A DNA stretch of 30,730 bases from a bacterium (GTDB lineage Bacteria; RBG-13-61-14; DATKZS01), in contig JAWOBU010000226.1 of assembly GCA_046484135.1 (NCBI GenBank), positions 1 to 30,730 of the forward strand, given 5' to 3'. Position numbers and translations under genes: made by a program. Positions 18,127 through 25,613 of the stretch are shown one piece after another. The notes beneath the pieces were generated by a model. That model worked only from the letters and a program-made list of their open reading frames with translations, searched no databases and was not told the origin of the DNA. How positions within the stretch are numbered: the stretch's first letter is position 1; each line of letters opens with the position of its first letter.

Positions 18127-18786
18127 TTATTCCGAAGAAGACGAGGGAGCGGAGCCCGGCAGATAAAGCTTTATGACGCCTGCACCGGTGTCAAAGGAAA
18201 GGCTGCCGGAAAGCTCATCCATAAGCCGGGACAATATCTCCTTTTTGTCTTCCACGTCTTTTATTACGGGCCCCGAGAAGCTCAAGGCCACCGTATCGTT
18301 TTCCTTGCCGAAGCTGACTATGACCTCGTAGCCCGGCTCCGCGCCTTCCAGGTAGGACGAAAGGCAGATGAATACGGCGTTTCGGAGCACGAAGGCATCA
18401 GTATCAAGAACAATCCTGCCGTCAGCAGGCTCGAGTTTAATGGATGCTTTCTGCTGGCGGGTGTATCGCTCGGACAGAAGCGCCATGTTTTGCAAAACCT
18501 CTTCCAGTTCGACCCTTGCCGTTTCCCGGTCCACGCTGTGGGCGAAGCGGTTAAGATGGCTTATGATATTCTTTCCCCGCTCCAGGTGCTTTTCTATGCT
18601 CTCGTTGATGCTGTTCACTTTTTCTTTGGGAACGCCTTTTTTGCCGCCCGCGGCCAGGAGGTCGGCGAGCAGGCCGGTGTTTTCGTTCACTATGGAAAGC
18701 ACGTTGTTTATCTCGTGCGTCGCGGCCGCGACTATTTTCCCGAAGAACTGAAGCTCCGTTCCCTCTCGTTTATGATCCTCTTCCAT
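18127..18786 (-). CDS. Sensor-less HisKA protein with degenerate ATPase domain (probable His phosphotransferase/pseudokinase)
   Basis: The H-box THEINN is intact. The N box, DxGxG, F box and G2 box are not recognisable. Confidence 0.8.
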   Translation of the reverse strand: MEEDHKREGTELQFFGKIVAAATHEINNVLSIVNENTGLLADLLAAGGKKGVPKEKVNSINESIEKHLERGKNIISHLNRFAHSVDRETARVELEEVLQNMALLSERYTRQQKASIKLEPADGRIVLDTDAFVLRNAVFICLSSYLEGAEPGYEVIVSFGKENDTVALSFSGPVIKDVEDKKEILSRLMDELSGSLSFDTGAGVIKLYLPGSAPSSSSE

Positions 18787-18796
18787 TTGTCCCGCC

Positions 18797-19168
18797 TTAC
18801 TGAGTTTTTGTCCGCGTCGCCTGGTTCATTTTCTCGATCAGCTCTTCTATCTGCACCGGCTTTATGAGGTAATCGTAGGCCCCCCTTTTCTTGCCTTCCT
18901 CGAAGTCTTTTTCCGATCCCCTACCGGAAAGCAGGATTACCGGAACATCCGGCCGATGTTCTTTTATCTCCTTCAGTACGTCAAAACCTCTTCCCTGCCA
19001 GAGCACCAGGTCAAGTATCACCACGTCGTAATCATTACTCTTGGCCTTGCTGACAGCATCGGCGGCGCCTTCCACCACGTCAGCCTGGATGTTGCGAAGG
19101 GCCAGCCTTTCAGCCAGAGTGTTGGCGAAATCGAGCTCGTCTTCCACCAGCAGTACATGAAAGCTCAT
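18797..19168 (-). CDS. Stand-alone response regulator receiver (RR4)
   Basis: VLLVEDE, VVILD, LLSG and AYDYLIKP. Confidence 0.92.
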   Translation of the reverse strand: MSFHVLLVEDELDFANTLAERLALRNIQADVVEGAADAVSKAKSNDYDVVILDLVLWQGRGFDVLKEIKEHRPDVPVILLSGRGSEKDFEEGKKRGAYDYLIKPVQIEELIEKMNQATRTKTQ

Positions 19169-19184
19169 TGTACTTTTCTCCTTT

Positions 19185-20870
19185 TTAGTTGCTCCTTCTG
19201 ACCGGAAGAGTCACGGTGAAGCTGGTCCCCTGGCCGGGCGTACTGTCCACGTTAATGTCTCCGCCCAGCTTACTGACAATCCCGTAAGTTATGGAAAGGC
19301 CCAAGCCGGTACCCTTGTCGCGGGTGGTGTAGAAAGGCTCGAAGATATGCTTTATGTGCTCGGGCGAAATGCCGGGGCCGTTATCGGAGATGATTATGTC
19401 CACCCGCTTTTCATTCTTGGACCGGACGGTGATTTTCACGTTGCCTTCCTTGTTGGCCTCGGAAAGGGCGTTCAAGGAGTTGTTTACAATGTTGAGAAGC
19501 ACCTGCTGGAGCTGGCCCCGGTCGCTCTCCACCGCGGGCACAGCATCCTCTACCTCCATGTCCAGCTCGATGTTCCGATAGCGGGCCTCATGTTCAAGGA
19601 AGCTCAGGACCTCCCGGACCAGGTGCTCGAGGTCTATCTTTTCCACTTTTACGTCAATATGCTTGGCAAACCCCAAAAGCCGCTGGGTGATCTTTACGCA
19701 GCGGTTCACCGCGCTCAGTATCGAGTTTACCAGCTCAAGGCTCTTCTGCTTCTGGGGGAAATCGTCGGAAAGCGCCATAAGGTCCTTCATCATGCCCGCT
19801 TTCTCGTTGATTATGGCCAGCGGGTTATTGATCTCGTGGGCCACGCCCGCGGAAAGCCTTCCTATGGAGGCCATCTTGTTGGTGTACTCCACGTTGTGCA
19901 GGACCTGGGCCCGCTGCCGGTCTGCCACCCGGATGCGGGACACCATGTAGTAAGACGAGCCCATGGTGATGATGAATATCACCACCGCGCTGGTTATGAG
20001 AATGGCCCACAGGCTCTTGCGCAGGGCGAACCAACTGTCCATGGAACTCGGCAGGTGCTTTATGATTATTAAAATAAAGGGAGAGTGCTCGATATATGCA
20101 TAGCCTTCAATAAGATGATGGCCCTCCTCGTCCCTGGTATCAATAATGTCCCAGTTGTCCGAGTAAGGCGGCACTCTCAGGGCGGCCCGCTCCAGAAGAT
20201 TGCCGTAGGCCATGGAGGGGGTTTGAAGAACTCCCTTCTGGTTTATGATGAAGGCCTCGGAGGGAGGGACCAGGTTGAGGGACTTGATCTGCTGTTCCAG
20301 CGTGTTCGAGTCTATGGTACAGCGGAGCACGTAGGATTTGCCGTTCTTGCCGCCGCCGGCAACCGCTATGACGAAGTGGGGAAAGTCCCGGTATCCCATG
20401 AACACGTCGCTCACGTAATGACCGCGCAGCTTGACCTCGTGGAACCAGTCCTGGTTCGAGTAGTCCTTGCCCGTCAGATCATAAGGCCCGATATAGGCTA
20501 GTTGCTTCCCTTCCGAGTCAATGAAACCCAGGTCCACAATGCCTCCCAGGACCTCCTTTAAGTGGTGGTAAACATCCTCCAGCTTTTCCGGGTCCGAAAG
20601 CTCGGCATAGGTGCGCTCCTTGGTGATGAAAGTAAGAGTGGAACGCCTCTCCTCCAGGAAGAACTCGATGGACCTCTTGGTCAGGGACGTCAACCGGTTG
20701 ACCCGGTTTTTCACCTCGTGCTTTAAGGCCTGCTGGTACTGAAAGTAGTTCACAAAGGTTAGGATCACCAGCGGCGTCACCGCCACCAGCGTGGTTACCA
20801 CCACCACCCAGAACCAAAGCTTTCGGTACCTCGACTTTCTTCCGGAGTCTCTGCTGATCTGCACACTCAT
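19185..20870 (-). CDS. Membrane sensor histidine kinase with Cache domain
   Basis: Two TM helices flank 'DYS.QDWF..V......YVSDVF.G' (Cache-like). AHEINNPL, NIVNNS, DNGPG, IFEPFYTT and GTGLGL. Confidence 0.93.
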   Translation of the reverse strand: MSVQISRDSGRKSRYRKLWFWVVVVTTLVAVTPLVILTFVNYFQYQQALKHEVKNRVNRLTSLTKRSIEFFLEERRSTLTFITKERTYAELSDPEKLEDVYHHLKEVLGGIVDLGFIDSEGKQLAYIGPYDLTGKDYSNQDWFHEVKLRGHYVSDVFMGYRDFPHFVIAVAGGGKNGKSYVLRCTIDSNTLEQQIKSLNLVPPSEAFIINQKGVLQTPSMAYGNLLERAALRVPPYSDNWDIIDTRDEEGHHLIEGYAYIEHSPFILIIIKHLPSSMDSWFALRKSLWAILITSAVVIFIITMGSSYYMVSRIRVADRQRAQVLHNVEYTNKMASIGRLSAGVAHEINNPLAIINEKAGMMKDLMALSDDFPQKQKSLELVNSILSAVNRCVKITQRLLGFAKHIDVKVEKIDLEHLVREVLSFLEHEARYRNIELDMEVEDAVPAVESDRGQLQQVLLNIVNNSLNALSEANKEGNVKITVRSKNEKRVDIIISDNGPGISPEHIKHIFEPFYTTRDKGTGLGLSITYGIVSKLGGDINVDSTPGQGTSFTVTLPVRRSN

Positions 20871-20909
20871 TTTACGGCAGCTCCCGCACCGACCGACTCC
20901 AGGAGGAAA

Positions 20910-21362
20910 CTAATCATCTTCGTCCATGATCTTCTTGGCGGTTTTGTAGTCGCCGGCCTCTGCATAAGTGGCGGCAACAGCGCTGTCTTCCAGCCGCCGG
21001 CGGTAGGCCTTTTTCATCCGGTCCACCAGCGTCTCGATGTTCACCGGCTTCTCCAGGTAATCGAAAGCTCCAAGACTCCGCGCGCGCTCCTCGTCCTTTT
21101 CCGTGCCGTGCCCGGTGAGGATTATCACCTGGATGCCGGGATAGGCCTTCTTCACCTGCTTTAAAACCTCGATGCCGTCAATGCCGGGCATACGGAGATC
21201 AAGGACCATAACGTCAGGCTCCTTCTTCTCCACGAAGTCAAGCGCCTGCTCACCGTCGTAGACAAGGTCGGACTGAAGGTCCCGCATCTTAAGACGCTCG
21301 GCCAATGCCTTTACAAACTCCTCCTCGTCGTCCACAAGCAAAACCTTGAAGTTATCCGCCAT
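20910..21362 (-). CDS. Response regulator receiver (RR3) with C-terminal AxxYAEAG tag
   Basis: Start MADNFKVLLVDDE behind GGAGGT. VMVLD, LTGH and YLEKP. Tail RRRLEDSAVAATYAEAGD. Confidence 0.92.
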   Translation of the reverse strand: MADNFKVLLVDDEEEFVKALAERLKMRDLQSDLVYDGEQALDFVEKKEPDVMVLDLRMPGIDGIEVLKQVKKAYPGIQVIILTGHGTEKDEERARSLGAFDYLEKPVNIETLVDRMKKAYRRRLEDSAVAATYAEAGDYKTAKKIMDEDD

Positions 21363-21888
21363 TTTTACTACCTCCTTGTTTCTGCCCCGAGTTCGGGCCC
21401 GGGCCGGGTTTATTGGAATTTTGAGTAATCTCGAGTGAATTGTCAAATGACCCGGCTTCGGCAAAGGCAACGGAAACGGCCAGGTCTTCCAAACGCCTCC
21501 GCAGGGAAGGCCCTCCCTGCCGCGACCCGGCCTTCTGAAAAGCTTTTCTGATCTTGTGGACGAGCTCATCAAGATCGAAAGGCATAGTGAGATCAGCGAA
21601 AGCTCCAGACTTCATGCTTTCTATGGAAAACCGCAAAGCCGAGGGGATATTCAAGGTGATGACTTCAATGGAAGAGCTCATGCGTTTGAGGCTTCGCAAA
21701 AGTCCAAGCCCCTCGGACGGAAGGTCCGGGATGTTGAGAACCGCCACGCATACACCCGACTGATCGGCTTTGGCAAGGGCATCAGCAACCGCTTCCGCCC
21801 AAAAAACCTCGAACTCTTCCTGGAGCCGGGAGCGGACCAGCTCCATCTGGGGAGTGGGGCGGCCTATCAACAGAACCTTACCGGCCAT
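21352..21888 (-). CDS. Pseudo-receiver domain protein (RR2) with C-terminal VAFAEAG tag
   Basis: Receiver-like pattern (KVLLI, VAVLN, EVITL, MKSGAF..L.MP), but the acidic pair, phospho-Asp, Thr and Lys are all replaced. Tail RRRLEDLAVSVAFAEAG. Confidence 0.82.
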   Translation of the reverse strand: MAGKVLLIGRPTPQMELVRSRLQEEFEVFWAEAVADALAKADQSGVCVAVLNIPDLPSEGLGLLRSLKRMSSSIEVITLNIPSALRFSIESMKSGAFADLTMPFDLDELVHKIRKAFQKAGSRQGGPSLRRRLEDLAVSVAFAEAGSFDNSLEITQNSNKPGPGPNSGQKQGGSKNGG

Positions 21889-21927
21889 AAGGGAAGGACT
21901 CCTTCGCATTAAAGGACAGAGTTCCTT

Positions 21928-22203
21928 TTATGCTAAAGCAGCGGTGCCGTACCAGACCTTGACCCCCAGCGATTCCAGGTCCAGCGCCGGAGCAGGAGAA
22001 GCGCTCCGTGCGCCCATGTACTCCCTGGCTTTGTCAAGCTCGCCGGCTTCGGAAAACGCGATGGCTGTGGTCATATCATCAAGGGTTATGCCCTCGACCG
22101 GCTCCGCCGGGAAGCCGGCCATCTGCCGGGCCGCTTCCGGCTCGTTCGCCTCGGCAAACGCTGCCGCGGCCATCCACTTTTCCATCTTTTCTTTCAACTT
22201 CAT
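21928..22203 (-). CDS. Small hypothetical protein with two A(A/I)AF(A/S)EA(N/G) repeats
   Basis: MAAAAFAEANE and TAIAFSEAGE. GGGAG RBS. First gene after the predicted sigma54 promoter. Confidence 0.85.
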   Translation of the reverse strand: MKLKEKMEKWMAAAAFAEANEPEAARQMAGFPAEPVEGITLDDMTTAIAFSEAGELDKAREYMGARSASPAPALDLESLGVKVWYGTAALA

Positions 22204-22251
22204 ATTAAATTACTCCCTTTCCGATTTCTGTTTTCTTCTACTTATTTTCTA

Positions 22252-22268
22252 TTCAATTCTGATGCCAA
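22252..22268 (-). promoter_or_regulatory. Probable sigma54 promoter with variant -12 element
   Basis: Minus strand TTGGCAT-CAGAA-TTGAA (GG-N10-GA instead of GC), about 50 bp upstream of ATG 22203. Confidence 0.55.
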
Positions 22269-22328
22269 ATTTTCCCCTGCGCAAAAACAGTTACTTACAC
22301 TCCCGAAAAGGATACCGAAATTTCCTCC

Positions 22329-22365
22329 GTGCCATTATGGAACAAAAAGACACAAATCGTTGTGT
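22329..22365. promoter_or_regulatory. Candidate activator-binding palindromes
   Basis: GTGCCA-TTA-TGGAAC(A) and ACACAA-ATCG-TTGTGT, about 21 bp apart, 60-100 bp upstream of the -24 element. Confidence 0.45.
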
Positions 22366-22369
22366 TTCT

Positions 22370-22753
22370 TTACGTTTCATTGCTTTTCGCGGACGCGGAG
22401 CGAATGCGGCCTATCAACGTCTCTATATCAACCGGCTTCATCAAGTAATCAAAAGCACCCAGTTGCATCCCCTCGATCCCTTCCCGGGTCGAGCCCCTGC
22501 CGGTAAGGATTATGACCTGCAAGCAAGGGTTCTTTTCTTTGGCCTTCTTTAGAATCTCCAGACCGCTCAAGTCAGGCATCATATAGTCTATGACCGCAAC
22601 CTGGAACTCTTCTTCGGTCAAAAAAGAAATCGCGTCTTCCCCCCGCAAAGCGGTGCGGACCTCCAGGCCCCGAAGCGTGAGCCGTTCCGCAAGCGCGGAT
22701 ACGTACTCCTCCTCGTCATCGGCAAGGAGAACCTTTATGACCTCGTTGCTCAT
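22370..22753 (-). CDS. Stand-alone response regulator receiver (RR1)
   Basis: VLLADDE, VAVID, LTGRG and AFDYLMKP. Confidence 0.92.
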   Translation of the reverse strand: MSNEVIKVLLADDEEEYVSALAERLTLRGLEVRTALRGEDAISFLTEEEFQVAVIDYMMPDLSGLEILKKAKEKNPCLQVIILTGRGSTREGIEGMQLGAFDYLMKPVDIETLIGRIRSASAKSNET

Positions 22754-22758
22754 CCAGC

Positions 22759-23100
22759 CTACTCCTCCCTTTCCTTAAAGATGGTCCCCGCCTCCAGCTC
22801 TCCCCCGCCCAAAAGCTCCAAAGCCTTCTCGTAAGAACCTATTACCGAGTCAATGACCTTAATGTTCTTCCAGGCAAGGAACTGGTAGTACTCGTTCTCG
22901 ATGCCGCCGCAGATAACCGTCTCGATCCCCTCGGACAGGATAAAACGGCAAAGCTCTTCTGCGGAGGGCGCCGGCAGCACCAGGGTCTTTTTCCCCTTGA
23001 CCTCTCCGTTTTCCGGGTCCACGTCCGCGGTCAGGACCTCGGAAGCCAGGTCGAATCGGGGAGCCACGTCCTCGTGCCATATGGTTATTAAAACCTTCAT
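22759..23100 (-). CDS. NifB/NifX-family (dinitrogenase FeMo-cofactor-binding fold) protein
   Basis: MKVLI...VAPRFD.A...I.TVICGGI......L....I.VI..V.G. The ATG overlaps the activator's TGA. Confidence 0.8.
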   Translation of the reverse strand: MKVLITIWHEDVAPRFDLASEVLTADVDPENGEVKGKKTLVLPAPSAEELCRFILSEGIETVICGGIENEYYQFLAWKNIKVIDSVIGSYEKALELLGGGELEAGTIFKEREE

Positions 23101-24494
23101 CAAAGACCGTGCTTTTTCATCTTCCGCCACAAAGTGGACCTGCCCCAGCCCAGCATCTCCGCCGCCCGGGAGCGGTTGCCCCCGCACTTCAGCAAAGCCT
23201 CCGCGATCATCCGCCGCTCCATCTGTTCCCAGTTCAAACCGGTATCAACAGCATCTCCGGCAAGCGGCTTCTCCCGAACTTCGGAAGGCGGGCTTTCCAA
23301 CTTTACAGCCTCATCACCTCTACGGTAGCCAACCATGTACTCCGGCAAGTGCTCGGGCCTGATCTCCCCCGAAGGGCAGATACTTACGGCGTACTCCACC
23401 ATGTTTTTAAGCTCCCGCACGTTGCCGGGATACGGGTAGGACTTGAGCAAAGCCAGGGCCTCGTCGGAAAAACCCTCCAGGTTTTTGCCGAGCCGGCTCT
23501 GGAAATAATGGAAGTAATGCTCCAAAAGAAGCCGCAGGTCATCTCCCCGGTCCCGCACCGGCGGCAGGTCTATCCTGACCACCTTCAGCCGATAGAGCAG
23601 GTCCTCCCGGAAAGCGCCCTCTTTCACCATGGCCTCCAGGTCCCGGTGGGTCGCGGCTATGATCCGCACGTCCGTCTTTACGCTCCGGGTGCCTCCTACC
23701 GGTATGATCTCCCTGTCGTCCAGGAAGGACAGGAGCTTCACCTGGAGCGGAAGCTGGAGGTCCCCCACCTCGGTGAGATATATGGTCCCGCTCTCCGCAA
23801 GCTGGAACCTGCCGGGCTTGTCACGCACCGCGCCGGTGAAAGCGCCCTTGACGTGGCCGAAAAGCTCGGACTCCAAAAGGTTCTCCGGCAACGCCCCGCA
23901 GTTGACCTTGATGAAAGGACCTTGTGAACGCGACGACATCTGGTGGATGACCGCGGCCAACAGGTCCTTGCCGGTGCCGGTCTCGCCGGTTATGAGAACG
24001 GAAGAGTCGGTGTAGGCGAGTACCGGCAACACCTCGTATATCTTCTGCATGGCCGAGCTGTGCCCCACCAGCTCTCCGTACTCGGTGGAAGACGGAATCT
24101 TGGCGCTGCGGTCTTCTTTAAGGGACAAGTCCTCTAGCGTCTGGACAGCCCCTAAAACACCCCCCGAACCGTCTTTCAACGGAGAAGCGCTAATACGCAC
24201 GGGAAGCTTCTCCCGCCAGCGGGTTATGATGTCGCCTTCCTCGTAAATCATCCTGCCGCTCTGCAGGGCCCGAGCCGCCGGGCACTCTTTAACGCACAGG
24301 TTGTCCCGGAGCACGTAATGAAGGGGAAGAAAACGGGATTCTTCCACGCTGAAACCGGTGAGCGCCTCCAGCGCGCTGTTCATGGCCACCACCCGGAGCT
24401 CCCGGTCAAGCAGGGCCACGCCCAAGGGCATGTTTTCTATTACAGAAAATATGTCCGCCCGTTTCAGAAAGTTTTGATTTTCCGTTGGTGCCAT
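23100..24494 (-). CDS. PAS-domain sigma54-dependent transcriptional activator
   Basis: PAS domain, GETGTGK, ESELFGH.KGAFTGA, FREDLLYRL, PGNVREL and a Fis HTH. Walker B reads IYLTE. Confidence 0.95.
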   Translation of the reverse strand: MAPTENQNFLKRADIFSVIENMPLGVALLDRELRVVAMNSALEALTGFSVEESRFLPLHYVLRDNLCVKECPAARALQSGRMIYEEGDIITRWREKLPVRISASPLKDGSGGVLGAVQTLEDLSLKEDRSAKIPSSTEYGELVGHSSAMQKIYEVLPVLAYTDSSVLITGETGTGKDLLAAVIHQMSSRSQGPFIKVNCGALPENLLESELFGHVKGAFTGAVRDKPGRFQLAESGTIYLTEVGDLQLPLQVKLLSFLDDREIIPVGGTRSVKTDVRIIAATHRDLEAMVKEGAFREDLLYRLKVVRIDLPPVRDRGDDLRLLLEHYFHYFQSRLGKNLEGFSDEALALLKSYPYPGNVRELKNMVEYAVSICPSGEIRPEHLPEYMVGYRRGDEAVKLESPPSEVREKPLAGDAVDTGLNWEQMERRMIAEALLKCGGNRSRAAEMLGWGRSTLWRKMKKHGL

Positions 24495-24792
24495 TTACCC
24501 ATCAATTATAAAACAACAGTCTGCAAAAACAATATGAAACCAAGTGGAACCAGAAAATCAAGGGTATATCGCGCTTCCACCTTCCCGGGTCGAGGATTCT
24601 CAGGGCTTCATAAGATATCACCCCCGCCGAATTGCAGGCCGTACTTGTGCATCATGCCCTTATAATCAAGGACAAAAATTTGGGCATATTGGCGTTGATT
24701 TTGGCGGCGGGATAGGATATGAAAGATATAAGCCGGATACTCGATTTCAGGGGCTAATGATTTGTCAACTCGATGACTGAAAGGAAAGAACC

Positions 24793-25383
24793 ATGAGCAC
24801 GATGGAAGGCGGCTGGGAGAGCTTGAAGAAACTGCGGTCCCCCTTGATCGGTCTGGGCGTGGTCCTCATGGCTGTGGGGATGTGGTTTCGCGCGAGCGGG
24901 GGAGTGGTATATGAAAAAGACATGCTGGTCGAGAACCAGGGAGGGAAGGCGAGCTTTACTTTCGGCCCGGTCGAGCTCGAGCCGGGCGAGTACTGCGTGT
25001 TCCTCCGGCTGTCTGCCGGCGGCGGCGACTCGGGGGACGAGCTGGCTGACAAGTGGAGCGCGACCCTGAGCTCGCCGCAGGCGCCGGGATGGGAGAAGAC
25101 CCGCGGGCTCGAACATAACAGGAAATCGCCTGCCCCCAACCAGGACTTCCACTTCCAGGCGGACAAAAAAGGAAGCTACGAGTTCAGGTTCGACGTGACA
25201 GTCCGGGAGAGCCTCATGGGCGCGTTCGTGGAGGTCAGCAAGGTGGCCTTGAACTACCGGCTCTTTTTCGTGCCCGGCATAGCGCTCTTGATCGCGGGTG
25301 GAGCCATCAGCATAATAGACGACAGGCTAAGGCGCTCGAAGCGCACCCGGCCGGACAACGTGGGCAAGGACAACCCTTATTAG
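24793..25383 (+). CDS. Hypothetical membrane protein (two TM helices flanking a beta-rich extracytoplasmic domain)
   Basis: Hydrophobic segments at both termini, typical codon usage and an AAGGA RBS. Confidence 0.7.
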   Translation: MSTMEGGWESLKKLRSPLIGLGVVLMAVGMWFRASGGVVYEKDMLVENQGGKASFTFGPVELEPGEYCVFLRLSAGGGDSGDELADKWSATLSSPQAPGWEKTRGLEHNRKSPAPNQDFHFQADKKGSYEFRFDVTVRESLMGAFVEVSKVALNYRLFFVPGIALLIAGGAISIIDDRLRRSKRTRPDNVGKDNPY

Positions 25384-25408
25384 AGCTTTGTCAATATCTA
25401 AACAGGAT

Positions 25409-25488
25409 GTGGGAGCGAGCTCCCTGTCTGACGTGATTCGGCACAGGCAGGCAGCTCGCGATCATCGAGACCTGGACGTCTCTCCCAC
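25409..25488 (+). repeat. REP doublet (REPIN-like), family B, copy 1, with nested 29-bp element
   Basis: GTGGGAGCGAGC...GCTCGCGAT plus an inverted GTGGGAGAGAC...GTCTCGAT. Insert CCTGTCTG-N10-GCACAGGCAGG at 25423-25451. Confidence 0.75.
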
Positions 25489-25613
25489 CCAATGTTCGAA
25501 CCTTTGCAAGAGGCTCGGGGACTGAGAAAAAGGAATAACCCGTTGCGTCGTGGCGACGTTGCGCTTAAATCATCCCTTCGATCTTCAAACGCCTGGCGCT
25601 CCCGGGTTCTTGC

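Noticed and set aside
22759..23100. Nitrogen fixation inferred from the NifX-like gene
   Set aside because: No nif structural genes are nearby, and the fold is widespread in non-diazotrophs.
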